From Myxococcales bacterium (GTDB lineage Bacteria; Myxococcota_A; UBA9042; JABWCM01; BTVJ01): DNA of 64,000 bases. The stretch covers positions 1-64,000 of the forward strand of contig BTVJ01000030.1 of the NCBI GenBank assembly GCA_045863395.1, given 5' to 3'. Position 1 is the stretch's first letter. Each line of letters starts with the position of its first letter. The notes beneath the pieces were generated by a model. That model saw only the letters and a program-made list of their open reading frames with translations. It was not told the origin of the DNA and made no database searches. Made by a program: the position numbers and the translations under genes. Shown here one piece after another: positions 43,801 through 54,632 of this stretch.

Positions 43801-45454
43801 CGTCCTCCGTGCAGGGGCTCCCGTCATTGCATCCGGTCGGGGCCCCCTTGCACTCGCCGCCCGTGCAGATGTCGCCCGTGGTGCAGGCGTTGCCATCGTC
43901 GCAGGCGCCGGGCTTTGGCGTGTGCAGGCAGCCGAGCTCCGCCGTGCAGGAGTCCGTGGTACACGAGTTTCCGTCGTCGCAGGTCAGTACGAACGCGGGG
44001 ACGCACTCCCCGCCCTGACAGGCATCCCCGGACGAGCAGGCGTTGCCGTCGTCGCAGGGGCCTGGGACCGGGGTGTGGGTGCAGCCCGTCTTCACGTCGC
44101 AGCCGTCCGCCGTGCAGGGGTTGGCGTCGTCGCAGGAGAGCGTCGCCCCGGCCAGGCAGGTCCCGCCCGCGCACAGCCCGTCGCCCGTGCACGCGTCGCC
44201 GTCGTCGCAGATGGCCGCGTTGTTCACGAAGGTGCAGCCGCTCTTGGGGCTGCACCCGTCGTTGGTGCAGGGGTTGCCGTCGCTGCACGGGAGTGGCGGT
44301 CCCCCGGCGCACACTCCCCCGGCGCACGTGTCGTCCGTGGTGCAGAGGCTCCCATCGTCGCACGGTAGAGAGTTGTGGGCATGGGTGCATCCCGACGCCG
44401 GAGCGCAGCCATCGTCCGTGCACTCGTTGCCATCGTCGCAGCCCTTCGCGGCCCCACCGAGACACTCTCCGGCCGCGCACTGGTCGCCCGTCGTGCAGGC
44501 GTCGCCGTCGTCGCAGGGGCCGCTCCCCGGCTGGTGGGTGCACCCTGTGGCAGGGTCGCAGGCGCTCGTCGTGCAGGGGTTGCCGTCGTCGCAAGGTGCC
44601 GGCTCGGCCAGGCATCCGGTCACCGGGTCGCAGCCGTCGTCGGTGCACGCGTCTCCGTCGTCGCACGCCACCGCCGCGTGCGCGCACCCGCTGGTCGTGT
44701 CGCACGAGTCCACCGTGCAGGCGTCCCCGTCGTCGCAGGAGTCCGGCTCGTGGGTGCAGCCGGTCCCCGAGACGCAGACGTCGACCGTGCAGGCGTCCCC
44801 GTCGGGGCAGGGGAGGGGCCCGAAGACACAGCCACTGAGGGGATCACACGAGTCCACCGTGCATGGCTCGCCGTCGTGGCAGGTGGCGGGCGGGTGGACG
44901 CAGCCTGTACCCGGGGCGCACAGATCCTCCGTGCAGGGGTCGTCGTCGTCGCACACGGCGGGGACGTGAGCGCACCCGCCCTGGTCACAGCCGTCGTCGG
45001 TGCAGGGGTCGCCGTCGTCGCAGTCCGCTGGGATGCAGGCCGTCACGTCCCCGTCGTCGTGCGTGTCCGTCGCGTCCCCGCTGTCCTCTGTACCCCCGGC
45101 GTCCCCGGCGTCCCCGGCGTCCCCGGCGTCCCCGGCGCCTCCGTCAACCGCGCCACCGTCCCCGCTTTCCGAATCTCCACTGTCTCCGCCGGCGTCCACC
45201 ACGTCCGGTCCCCCGGCCACGTCGGGCGCCACGTCGGGCGCCGCCGGGCCCGAGGTGTCCCCAACCGAATCCGCCCCCGTGTCTGCCAAGGCACCCCCAC
45301 TGACACACAGCCCGCGCTCCGCGCCCGCCGCGCGCTCACAGCGCCACCCCGCCCCGCACTCCTCGTCGGAGGCACAGGCGTACCTCTCGGCGTCCACGTC
45401 GAAGGCCGCGCACCCGCTCAGGATCAGCGTGATCAGTAGAGAGGCTCGCCCCAC
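40877..45454 (-). CDS. Giant Cys-rich repeat lipoprotein (CDDGNPCTxDxC; Dictyostelium-CTDC/myxobacterial disulfide repeats)
   Basis: LSGC lipobox, Asp/Gly linker, dozens of C[DN]DG[ND]xCT repeats, and a non-repeat C-terminal domain. Confidence 0.85.
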   Translation of the reverse strand: MGRASLLITLILSGCAAFDVDAERYACASDEECGAGWRCERAAGAERGLCVSGGALADTGADSVGDTSGPAAPDVAPDVAGGPDVVDAGGDSGDSESGDGGAVDGGAGDAGDAGDAGDAGGTEDSGDATDTHDDGDVTACIPADCDDGDPCTDDGCDQGGCAHVPAVCDDDDPCTEDLCAPGTGCVHPPATCHDGEPCTVDSCDPLSGCVFGPLPCPDGDACTVDVCVSGTGCTHEPDSCDDGDACTVDSCDTTSGCAHAAVACDDGDACTDDGCDPVTGCLAEPAPCDDGNPCTTSACDPATGCTHQPGSGPCDDGDACTTGDQCAAGECLGGAAKGCDDGNECTDDGCAPASGCTHAHNSLPCDDGSLCTTDDTCAGGVCAGGPPLPCSDGNPCTNDGCSPKSGCTFVNNAAICDDGDACTGDGLCAGGTCLAGATLSCDDANPCTADGCDVKTGCTHTPVPGPCDDGNACSSGDACQGGECVPAFVLTCDDGNSCTTDSCTAELGCLHTPKPGACDDGNACTTGDICTGGECKGAPTGCNDGSPCTEDGCNPASGCTHTVLSGPCDDGNACTATDACNVQGQCAGTPVVCNDGNPCTTDSCAAATGCLYQNNTLQCSDGDACTSGDVCKAGVCSGAPDLCDDGSSCTVDSCDKLTGCAHTPLVGPCEDGDACTFGDQCVGTMCVGGTSVDCTQADPCMQSFCEPGGGCTPPISLADGANCSDGDSCTGPDSCTGGNCAGAALVCNDNNPCTDDSCKPGVGCVFTPNGQACSDGSACTVGDVCKSGACTPGAAKVCNDSNGCTDDSCNPNAPSSDVACVFTPNVAPCNDGDACTVADACAGGACKGSALACNDGNPCTDDGCNAASGCFTTFNAVTCDDGEPCTSASQCAGGVCTGTAPTICNDGNPCTDDSCQAGVGCKATPNTASCDDGKTCTVSDTCSGGICGGTPKTCVDGDPCTTDSCAEPFGCTFSPATGGACDDGDPCTPTDTCSGGACVGTGVLACVDGNPCTNDGCQAGVGCVYPPNTLACNDNDACTTGDKCQGGACVGGAAPNCNDGNPCTADSCAPASGCVNAPAAGGCDDGSKCTTVDACSGGVCVGTTPLDCDDGDPCTTDSCVPASGCAHAPASGGPCTDGNPCTPTDTCQSGVCIGTGSLNCDDGNVCTSDSCKVGQGCVYANVSGSCNDGNACTLSDSCSNGVCVGTGAPVCNDNNLCTSDACVPASGCVYTPKTGSSCDDGDPCTVDDSCTEAGTCAGAQSWCCQPAHSAKPCPFGVAGAPNTVGKILSYGGGCTGGSYPGGETLVCLPALDQEVCVDYAAGATGTAFVVGDMGSDGAVPSQCVKPLVGGTCQKVSKLTGSEPWIHQLVTLDTVATAGTVYYSTRCPTSKTCSTNETLTCSTAITCGSAGWQPDQLGNYGDTCGNAPLGNERRFTFFAPSAGKYSVWLGDTASEKAMILFAWAKVGGSCNAFHCTHTTKSTPGKPLHFTATGPNQEWCIVLEANTPEAPGATPSATVSIGCYDPL
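45094..45138. repeat. 9-bp tandem repeat (CCCCGGCGT) encoding GDA repeats
   Basis: Four exact copies and one degenerate copy in the linker of the giant Cys-rich protein. Confidence 0.85.
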
Positions 45455-46399
45455 TCAGAACCTCCCCCCGATGACTGCGCCGGCGGCCCCGGGGGCCACC
45501 CACACGGACTGCGGCTCGTCCCCGATGAGCAGCAGCACCACCCCCGTCGCCAGCGCCGCCCCTCCCCCCACCAGCAGGGCGATCCCCGCCGCGGACTTGG
45601 CCTCCGCGCTCTGCTCCAGCTCCAGCGCCTCTGCCCGGGACAGACCCACGATGGCCCCCGTCCCGTCTCGCTCGGCGTCGTCCACGGTGCCCTTGTCGGC
45701 GAAGCCCAGCGCCACCAGGGTCGCCCCGCCAGCGATCAGCGCGCCCCCGGCTCCAATCGTGGCCCACCCCCAGTCTCTCATGGGGGTCCCCACCTCCACC
45801 ACCACCGGGTCGGTCACCACCGGCGTCTCCACCACCGGGACCTCCACCGGCAGCGCAGGCAGCTCCACCGCCAGCTCCACCACCTCGCCGGGCACCACCG
45901 TCACGACCGCCTTCACGTCCTTGCGCCCGTCCGCCCGAATCACGACCTCGTGCGTGCCGGTCGCCAGCAGCGCTCGCTTCAGCGGCGCCGCCGCGGCCTC
46001 CCCCCCGTCCACAGAGACCCGCGCGCCCTCCGCATCGGCGCTCACGCTGAGCCACCCCTTCCCGAACGCCACCTTGCACGACACGAGCCGCTCCATGGCG
46101 CTCTTGCGCTCCGAGTCGTCGGGTGCGCCCGCCAGGTAGCGCTCGTAGGCGTCGATGGCCCGCTCATACTCGCCGACCGCCTCCAGGCTGCGGCCGATGT
46201 TCCACATGAGCCGGGCGTCGGGGCGCAGCGAGTAGGCGCGCTCCAGCAGATCCGCGGCCTTCAGGAACTCCCCCGCCGCGAAGGCCTCCTTGGCGCGCGT
46301 GTAGACGGTCTCGAAGGACTCGGGCTGCGGCGCCTGAGCCGCGGCCGGCGTCGCTCCGAGGAGCGCCGCGAGCGCCCACGCGCGGTGCCTCCCTACCAC
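45455..46399 (-). CDS. Secreted TPR + PEGA domain protein with C-terminal hydrophobic segments
   Basis: Signal peptide, TPR (AKEAFAAGEFLKAADLLERAYSLRPDARLMWNIGRS), PEGA (GARVSVDG...GTHEVVI) and TM segments. Confidence 0.8.
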   Translation of the reverse strand: MVGRHRAWALAALLGATPAAAQAPQPESFETVYTRAKEAFAAGEFLKAADLLERAYSLRPDARLMWNIGRSLEAVGEYERAIDAYERYLAGAPDDSERKSAMERLVSCKVAFGKGWLSVSADAEGARVSVDGGEAAAAPLKRALLATGTHEVVIRADGRKDVKAVVTVVPGEVVELAVELPALPVEVPVVETPVVTDPVVVEVGTPMRDWGWATIGAGGALIAGGATLVALGFADKGTVDDAERDGTGAIVGLSRAEALELEQSAEAKSAAGIALLVGGGAALATGVVLLLIGDEPQSVWVAPGAAGAVIGGRF

Positions 46400-48096
46400 T
46401 TCTCGACCTCCACGGGCCCCTTGGGGCCCTTGGGATCCTTGCCCTCCTTCGGGTCTCGGGGCTCCTTCGGCCCGCCCCCCGTTCGCACGCGGCGCAGGGT
46501 GGGGCGGACCTTCTCTCCGGCGGCGGCGACGAAGCGCTCCTCGTGGGGCTGGTAGCCGCGAAGCTCGAAGCGGACGCTCTCCTCGGCACCGGGCTCCGTC
46601 TGCACGTCCACGGGGGTGGTCCCGACGTTCTGCCCATGGAAGATCACGCTGGCCCCGACCGGGTCGCTGTCGATGGTGACCGTGATCTGCGAAGGCGCGA
46701 CATCCGCGGCCGCGCCCGAGGCGCTGCCCGCCGCGTCGTCCACCAGGGCGATCTCGTCCAGCTCCAGGGCCGGCTCGTCCGTGTCGACGGCCGCGGGCGC
46801 ATCCGCTGCGGGTGAGCCAGCGTCGAGGTCCGCGGCTCCTGAGTCGCTCTGCGCTGCGGCGGCCCCCGCGTCGCTCGGTGCGCTGGCAACTCCCCCGCCG
46901 CCGGCGACCACGACGCTCCCCGCCTCCCCGGTCCCGACGCTCGCGGCGATGGCCCACGCCGCCACCCCCAGCACTGCCAGCGCCGCCAGCGCCACGGGCC
47001 ACCGCGCGCGGCCCCTCGCCACTGGCACACGCTGGAAGGACCCCGTCTCCCCCGAGGTCACCACGACCTTGGGCATCGCGGGGATGGCGACGGTCGCCTG
47101 GTCGGGCGGGATGGGCGGCTTCTTCGGCACCAGCCGGGGGCGCGCGGTCTTGGCCTCGGCGTAGCAGGCCTCCAGGGCGTCGATGACGGCCTCGGCGGAC
47201 TGGAACCGGTCCTCCGGGCTCTTGGCCAGGAGCTTCAGGATCACGGCCTCCAGCCCGGGCGGCACCTGGTAGGGCGCGAGATCCGACGGGGACGGCGGCG
47301 CCTGGTTGATGTGCTTGAACAGGATCCCATAGGGGGTCGTGTCCGTGAACGGCGCCTGCCCCGCCACCATCCGAAACAGCACGCACCCGAGCGAGTACAG
47401 GTCCCCCCGCGCATCGAACTGCCCCTTGCCAGCCTGCTCGGGGGCCATGTAGGTGGGCGTCCCCAGGAGCTGCCCGGTCAGCGTCAGCTCTTCGCCGGCC
47501 GAGTCGTCCGTGAAGCGCGCGACCCCGAAGTCGAGCACCTTCACGTAGTCCTTCTCGCCGTAGAAGTCCGTCAGGAAGATGTTGGCCGGCTTCAGGTCGC
47601 GGTGCACGATGCCCGCGGCGTGGGAGGCCCCGAGCGCCTTGGCGATCTGGATGCCGATGCGCACGATGCGGCCGGGCGCGAACGCCCCCTCCAGGTCCAG
47701 GGCCCGCCCGAGCGTGCGCCCCGACAGGAGCTCCATGGCCAGGTAGAAGTCCCCGGAGTCGGCGTGCCCGTAGTCGAAGACCCGCACGGTGTTCGGGTGG
47801 TCCACGCGCGACGACGCCTGCATCTCCCGATAGAAGCGCTGCGCCCCTCCGAGGTTGCTCTGGACGTGGCGCTTGAGGACCTTGAGGGCGACCAGCCGGT
47901 CCATGGAGACCTGGCGCGCCTTGAAGACGGTCCCCATGCCGCCGGCGCCGATGGGCTCCATGATCTCGTAGCGCCCCGCGAACAGCGTGCCGACCAGCGG
48001 GTCCGGGCCGTCGTCCGCCATGGTCGGCAGGTTGCACAGCGCGCACACCTGCGCCTCGGTCTGGCCATGGCACTTTGGACACACGCGCTGGGACAT
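46393..48096 (-). CDS. Membrane Ser/Thr protein kinase with an N-terminal Zn ribbon and C-terminal PEGA
   Basis: CPKC/CALC, GAGGMG, HRDLKPAN, DFG, GTPTYMAPEQ, a TM helix and IDSDPVGASV. Confidence 0.92.
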   Translation of the reverse strand: MSQRVCPKCHGQTEAQVCALCNLPTMADDGPDPLVGTLFAGRYEIMEPIGAGGMGTVFKARQVSMDRLVALKVLKRHVQSNLGGAQRFYREMQASSRVDHPNTVRVFDYGHADSGDFYLAMELLSGRTLGRALDLEGAFAPGRIVRIGIQIAKALGASHAAGIVHRDLKPANIFLTDFYGEKDYVKVLDFGVARFTDDSAGEELTLTGQLLGTPTYMAPEQAGKGQFDARGDLYSLGCVLFRMVAGQAPFTDTTPYGILFKHINQAPPSPSDLAPYQVPPGLEAVILKLLAKSPEDRFQSAEAVIDALEACYAEAKTARPRLVPKKPPIPPDQATVAIPAMPKVVVTSGETGSFQRVPVARGRARWPVALAALAVLGVAAWAIAASVGTGEAGSVVVAGGGGVASAPSDAGAAAAQSDSGAADLDAGSPAADAPAAVDTDEPALELDEIALVDDAAGSASGAAADVAPSQITVTIDSDPVGASVIFHGQNVGTTPVDVQTEPGAEESVRFELRGYQPHEERFVAAAGEKVRPTLRRVRTGGGPKEPRDPKEGKDPKGPKGPVEVEKW

Positions 48097-48148
48097 CGCA
48101 CACGCTGGGCTCAGTCGCCCCGTCTGACCTTGTCGAATTCCCCGCCGA

Positions 48149-48178
48149 ATGCTACCACCGCGTCTCCGCATGCGGCAA
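48149..48178 (-). promoter_or_regulatory. Putative sigma70 promoter of the kinase-TPR/PEGA-Cys-rich operon
   Basis: TTGCCG, 18 bp, TAGCAT with extended TG on the minus strand. Confidence 0.45.
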
Positions 48179-48212
48179 CGCGCACGTCAGGCAACGATTA
48201 CACCACGCACCC

Positions 48213-49355
48213 TCACGGAGTCGCGGCGCCCCACAGGCCATCGAAGTAGGTCGCCAGGGCTCCGACCGTCCCGGTGTCGCCCGTCAGGGCGCCGGTCTCG
48301 TGGTTGTCCTCGAAGCCGCTCCACCCCCAGTTGTTGGTGCCGACCACCACCTGATCGTCGACCAGCAGCACCTTGGCGTGGGTGATGGTGTCGGCCGAGT
48401 CGAAGCGCGCCGCCACCCCTCGGGTCGTCAGCCAGGCCTTGGCCTCCGCGTTCACGCCGTTCAGGCCGTCGTCGAAGCTCGACCACTCCAGCAGCACCCG
48501 CACGTCCACGCCGCGCTTGGCCGCGTCCACCAGCAGGCCCATGGTGTCCGAGACGCTCCCCGTGTTCATGCCGTAGGTGATCACCCACACACGGGAGGTG
48601 GCCCCACCGATGAGCGGCGTCGCCACCGCGCGATAGCCGCCGTCGCCATACGGCTTCACGACCTTGGAGGAAGACGCCGGGACCGCGGGCGCCTTGGAGT
48701 CATCGGCCCACAGCGCGTCCGCGTAGGCCTCCCACCACGCCCCGGCCGCAGCGTCCTCCACCAGCAGGTTGGTCTCGTTGTTGTTCTTCACGGACATCCA
48801 GCTCAGGTTGGAGGACCCCACCAGGGCGTGCGCGCCGTCCACCACCAGCAGCTTGGCGTGGGTGGTGTGCTTCTTCCCGTCCACGCGCGCCCGGCATCCG
48901 AGGGCTTCGAGCTGGGGAACCCGCCCCGGGTTGAAGTCCAGGTCCCCCTCGAGCAGCACCTGGACGTCCACACCCCGCTTGGCCGCCTTGCCTAGCGCCA
49001 CCAGGACCTGATCGATCGTGCTGTCGTCGTGCATCTGGTAGTGGACGACGCGGATACGCTCCTCTGCCGCCCCGATGAGGCCCAGCGCGGTGATCAGGTA
49101 GTCCTGGTTTGTCACCGCCTGGACGCGAGGGGTGCCGTCCCAGCGAACCGGCGGCACGTCCGGCACCGCGACGTCCACCGGGCCGCCGGCGTCCGGCGGG
49201 TGGCGCTCCCGGGGCTCGAAGGTGTCTCCGTCGCTCACGGCAACGCTGTCGGCGCCGGTGGAGCCCACATCCGGGTCGAGGACGTAGGGGGCCGTGTAGG
49301 ACTCGCCGCCCGTCGAGGCGCAGGCGCAGAAGAGCAGGGTGAGGGCTACTCGCAT
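48213..49355 (-). CDS. Phospholipase D superfamily lipoprotein with two HKD motifs
   Basis: HAKLLVVD...GSSN and HAKVLLVD...GTNN; lipoprotein-like N-terminus; TGATG coupling to the upstream gene. Confidence 0.88.
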   Translation of the reverse strand: MRVALTLLFCACASTGGESYTAPYVLDPDVGSTGADSVAVSDGDTFEPRERHPPDAGGPVDVAVPDVPPVRWDGTPRVQAVTNQDYLITALGLIGAAEERIRVVHYQMHDDSTIDQVLVALGKAAKRGVDVQVLLEGDLDFNPGRVPQLEALGCRARVDGKKHTTHAKLLVVDGAHALVGSSNLSWMSVKNNNETNLLVEDAAAGAWWEAYADALWADDSKAPAVPASSSKVVKPYGDGGYRAVATPLIGGATSRVWVITYGMNTGSVSDTMGLLVDAAKRGVDVRVLLEWSSFDDGLNGVNAEAKAWLTTRGVAARFDSADTITHAKVLLVDDQVVVGTNNWGWSGFEDNHETGALTGDTGTVGALATYFDGLWGAATP

Positions 49356-50527
49356 CAGCGTCCGGTCGTCACGTCCATGGCGCAGCGTGCGCCGATGTGG
49401 GCCCGGCGTGTCGCCGGGATGTGCGGGTCCCGGCGCGTCGTACGCAGGTCCGCGGGGTCGTCGGAGTAGTAGGAGCCGCCGCGGATGGTGCGCTTGCCCC
49501 CGTCGCAATCCGCCGTCCAGGGCGAGCCATCCGCCGGCGCGCCGTCGAGGGTCGGGTGCCAGCAGTCCTCCACCCACTCCCAGAGGTTCCCAGCCATGTC
49601 CAAGGCTCCGAACGGCGACGCGCCGGCGGCCTGGGTGCCGACCGGGGCCGTGCCTCCCCGGCGGCATCCCCACCCCGCCATTCCCTCCTCTTCGCCGTAG
49701 ATGGCCGTGCCGTTGGCGCAGCCGGGCTTCGGGGCGTCGCCCCAGGGCCAGGCGCGGGGGGTCGCCCCGGCAGCCGCCGCCTCCCACTCCGCCTCGGACA
49801 GCAGGCGACCGCCGAGGAAGGCGCACCCCTCTCGCGCCTGCGCCCATTGCAGCCCGTTCTGAGGGTGGGTGTCCTTGTCACTGCCGTTGACCCCTTGGCT
49901 CCCGTCCCAGTCCGCGGCGCTCGGCTCCGTACACCTGCCGGCGGCCATGCAGGCCCGCCAGGCGCCCACGGTCAGCTCGTGCTTCGCGACCAGCAGGCCC
50001 TTGAGGGCGACGCCCCGCGGCGTCTTCACGCCGCCGGCCAGGGTGTACCAGCCCCCGGGGATCCAGATCCAGGCGTCCAGGGCCTGCCATGGCTCGGTCT
50101 GGGGGGCGCGCTGGAGCTCGCAGGCGCCCGCCCCGTTGCACCGCGCCTCATAGCCGGTGACGACGGGGCAGGTCACGCCCCCGCAGGCGGGCAGCGGAGG
50201 CTTGCCCCGGGCGGTCAGCGCCTGGCGAACGCGGGTCACCACGAGCGTCCGCTCCTCGCCTCTGGGGTCGGAGATCAGGAACTCGGCGAAGGCCGCCAGC
50301 GCCTCCGAGGTCATGCCCGCCTCCTGGTAGGAGCGGCCCACGTTGTAGATGAGGACCGGCTCGGCGCGGAGCTCGTAGGCCTCACGGAGCAGCTCCGCCG
50401 AGCGCACGAACATTCGCTGGTCGAAGGCCGCGCGTGCCTCGTTGGCCAGGCGCTCCCAGGGGGCCGGCTCGTCGGCGGCGGCGGTGGCGCCCAGGAGCAG
50501 CGCGGCGATCAGGGCGAGGGCGCGCAT
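49355..50527 (-). CDS. Secreted TPR + FGE-sulfatase (SUMF1-like) domain protein
   Basis: Signal peptide, TPR, RLLSEAEWEAAA, GALDMAGNLWEWVED, RGGSY and IGARCA. Confidence 0.85.
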   Translation of the reverse strand: MRALALIAALLLGATAAADEPAPWERLANEARAAFDQRMFVRSAELLREAYELRAEPVLIYNVGRSYQEAGMTSEALAAFAEFLISDPRGEERTLVVTRVRQALTARGKPPLPACGGVTCPVVTGYEARCNGAGACELQRAPQTEPWQALDAWIWIPGGWYTLAGGVKTPRGVALKGLLVAKHELTVGAWRACMAAGRCTEPSAADWDGSQGVNGSDKDTHPQNGLQWAQAREGCAFLGGRLLSEAEWEAAAAGATPRAWPWGDAPKPGCANGTAIYGEEEGMAGWGCRRGGTAPVGTQAAGASPFGALDMAGNLWEWVEDCWHPTLDGAPADGSPWTADCDGGKRTIRGGSYYSDDPADLRTTRRDPHIPATRRAHIGARCAMDVTTGR

Positions 50528-52038
50528 CACCAGGGCTCCAGGGCTCGGGGGCGGTCCGGGAGAGGCGTGGGGCGCGGTCGTTTGGTGGTCACGCGAGGTG
50601 TGGGAACCGCGGGGCGCCCCGCGTCGCCGACGCTCGCAAGGGGCGGGGCCTCCGCCTCCACGCGCCGGCCCTGGGGGGCGGGAGTCTCCGCGTCCCTGCG
50701 CTCCAGGGGGCGGGCCAGGATCACCGGCGGGGTCGCTGCGGGCGCGCTCGGTGGCTCGGCGGCCGGGCCCGCCGCTCCACCGGACGGTGTGGCGGAAGGT
50801 CCCGGCGCGACCGCGGGTCCGCTCACCGTCCGTGGCGCCGAGTCCCCACCGGGCGCCATGCGTGCCTCGGCGGTCTCAGCGGGCGGCCTCGCGGCAGGCT
50901 CGTGCCGGTCGTCCCGCTGCGCCCCCGCGAAGATCCCGACGGCCAGCGCCGCGAGGGGCACGACGACGGCCGCCACCATCATCCCCACACGGCGCGGGCG
51001 GGCGGCGGCGTCGGTCTGCACGGGCTCCGGGGCAGCGGCCGCCCGACGCAGTGGCGTGGGCGTGGGGACCACCTCCGTGGGGCGGTCGTCGACCTCCGGG
51101 GCGGCCACCACGTGAGTGCCGGCGCGGGGGCGCTCGAAGGGCGTGGTGTCGGCGGGCGCCAGACCCATGGACCGCGCCACCTCGTCCAGCGCCACGATCA
51201 CCGCGTTCGCCGACGGGTGCCGATCAGCGGGCGACTTGGCCAGGAGGCGCAGGATCAGCGCATCGAGGGCCGCCGGGACCCGCGGCATGAGCGCCGAGGG
51301 CGGGCGCGGGGTCTCGTGCAGGTGCTTGTAGAGCAGGCTGAGCGGCGTGGTCGCAGAGAACGGCGGTGAGCCGGTGACCGCCTGGTACAGCACGCAGCCC
51401 AGCGCGTAGAGGTCGGTGCGCCCGTCGACCAGGCCGTCCTCCGCCTGCTCGGGGGCCATGTAGTCGGGGGTCCCGAGGAGCAGGCCCGTCGCGGTGAGCG
51501 CCCTTCTCTCCTCCGGCGCTCCTTCCGCAAAGCGCGCGAGCCCGAAGTCGAGGACCTTCACGTAGTCCTGCTCGCCGTAGGGGGACGTGAGCATCAGGTT
51601 GTCCGGCTTGATGTCCCGGTGGACGATGCCCTTGTCGTGGGCGGCCCCGAGCGCCTTGGCCGCCTGCCGCGCGATGCGCACCGCCCGATCCGGCGCGAGG
51701 GCCCCCTCACGGGCGATGGCCTGCCGCAGCGTCTCGCCCTGCAACAGCTCCATGGCGTAGAACAGCTCCCCGTCCGTCGCCTGGCCGAAGTCGTAGACGC
51801 GCACGGTGTGGGGGTGCTCGATGAGGGCCGTGGCGCTCAGCTCGCGCCGGAACCGCTCCGCGGCGTTGGCCCCCGCCGCCAGGTCGCCGCGGACGACCTT
51901 GAGGGCGACGAGGCGGTCCGGGGACTGCTGCCGCGCGCGGTAGACCTTGCCCATGCCGCCGGTGGCGATCAGGCTCTCGACGCGGTAGCGCCCTGCAAAC
52001 AGGCGCCCGATCAGGGGATCTACGCGGGTGCTCGCCAT
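50527..52038 (-). CDS. Membrane Ser/Thr protein kinase
   Basis: [32 protein letters not shown], a TM helix and a Pro/Ala tail. Confidence 0.92.
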   Translation of the reverse strand: MASTRVDPLIGRLFAGRYRVESLIATGGMGKVYRARQQSPDRLVALKVVRGDLAAGANAAERFRRELSATALIEHPHTVRVYDFGQATDGELFYAMELLQGETLRQAIAREGALAPDRAVRIARQAAKALGAAHDKGIVHRDIKPDNLMLTSPYGEQDYVKVLDFGLARFAEGAPEERRALTATGLLLGTPDYMAPEQAEDGLVDGRTDLYALGCVLYQAVTGSPPFSATTPLSLLYKHLHETPRPPSALMPRVPAALDALILRLLAKSPADRHPSANAVIVALDEVARSMGLAPADTTPFERPRAGTHVVAAPEVDDRPTEVVPTPTPLRRAAAAPEPVQTDAAARPRRVGMMVAAVVVPLAALAVGIFAGAQRDDRHEPAARPPAETAEARMAPGGDSAPRTVSGPAVAPGPSATPSGGAAGPAAEPPSAPAATPPVILARPLERRDAETPAPQGRRVEAEAPPLASVGDAGRPAVPTPRVTTKRPRPTPLPDRPRALEPW

Positions 52039-52102
52039 CCGTCCTCGTGCTCGGAGCCGACAGGGTACGCAGGCTACCAGAACGTCCCGGGAACCACCAC
52101 CA

Positions 52103-52132
52103 TTGCCGCCCCGCGCGCTGCTCTGGTATGCT
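52103..52132 (+). promoter_or_regulatory. Putative sigma70 promoter of the acyl-CoA mutase gene
   Basis: TTGCCG, 18 bp, TATGCT with extended TG. Confidence 0.5.
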
Positions 52133-52164
52133 GCGCGCCCACCTCGGGCCCCTGGGAGGCGCGC

Positions 52165-53817
<1,653 letters not shown>

Positions 53818-53820
53818 CGG

Positions 53821-53882
53821 CGGCCGGTCAGCGGTCGGCCGGGCTCCTCTTGGGGGGCGAGGACCGGGACCGCTGACGGCCG
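53821..53882. terminator. Long inverted repeat between the convergent mutase and SDR genes
   Basis: CGGCCGGTCAGCGGTC pairs with GACCGCTGACGGCCG (one bulge), filling the intergenic gap. Confidence 0.55.
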
Positions 53883-53885
53883 GGC

Positions 53886-54632
53886 TCACATCACCAGGCC
53901 GCCGTCCACGTCCACGACGCGCCCGTTGAAGTAGTCGCACTCGATGATGAACCTCGCGGCGAGCCAGATGTCCTCGGGGAGGCCGATGCGCCCGACGGGG
54001 ATGGCGGCGACCAGGGCGTCGCGGGCCTTCTGGTTCATGCCCTGGGTCATGGGGGTCTCCACCATGCCGGGGGCGATGGCGCCCACGCGGATGCGGAATG
54101 GAGCGAACTCCCGCGCCCACGTCACGGTGTTGGCCGCGAGCGCCGCCTTGGCCGACACGTAGTTGGACTGGCCCCGGTTCCCGTGCCGCGCCACCGACGA
54201 CATGTTGATGATGACGCCCGGGCCGGAGTCCGTCTCGGCGATCTTCGCGGCCACCTCGCGCACCATGAAGGTGGCGCCGCTCAGGTTCACGCCGATGACC
54301 GCTGCCCACGCCTCGTCGGAGAGCTTCCTCACCTCGCCCGTCGCGCGGTCCTTCTTGACGAGGAGGCCGTCGCGCAGGATGCCCGCGTTGTTGACCAGGC
54401 CGTTGAGGCCGCCCATGGCGTCATGGGCCCAGGCGACGAAGGACTCGCAGTCGGCGGAGCTGGAGACGTCCAGCCGGCGCCGATGGATGCCCGCGGGGAG
54501 CTCCGCCATGACCGCCTCGTTCATGTCGCCGACGGCCACCTGCGCCCCCGCCTCGTGGAGGCGGCGCGCCATGTGCGCCCCGATGCCCTGCGCTCCGCCG
54601 GTGACGATTATCTTCAGTTCATTCAGTTGCAT
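53886..54632 (-). CDS. SDR oxidoreductase (FabG/PhaB-like, probable acetoacetyl-CoA reductase)
   Basis: TGGAQGIG, NNAGILRD, GQSNYVSAK and PGMVETPM motifs; overlaps the end of phaC. Confidence 0.85.
   Translation of the reverse strand: MQLNELKIIVTGGAQGIGAHMARRLHEAGAQVAVGDMNEAVMAELPAGIHRRRLDVSSSADCESFVAWAHDAMGGLNGLVNNAGILRDGLLVKKDRATGEVRKLSDEAWAAVIGVNLSGATFMVREVAAKIAETDSGPGVIINMSSVARHGNRGQSNYVSAKAALAANTVTWAREFAPFRIRVGAIAPGMVETPMTQGMNQKARDALVAAIPVGRIGLPEDIWLAARFIIECDYFNGRVVDVDGGLVM

Noticed and set aside
40367..44368. Very long plus-strand ORF (1333 aa) and many other long overlapping ORFs in the track
   Set aside because: These are antisense or alternate-frame shadows of real genes caused by high GC. 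Their translations are Arg/Gly/Ala-rich and carry no motifs.
49355..49500. FGE-sulfatase (CLec-fold) C-terminus as a diversity-generating retroelement target
   Set aside because: No reverse transcriptase and no template-repeat copy differing at adenines was seen in the window.
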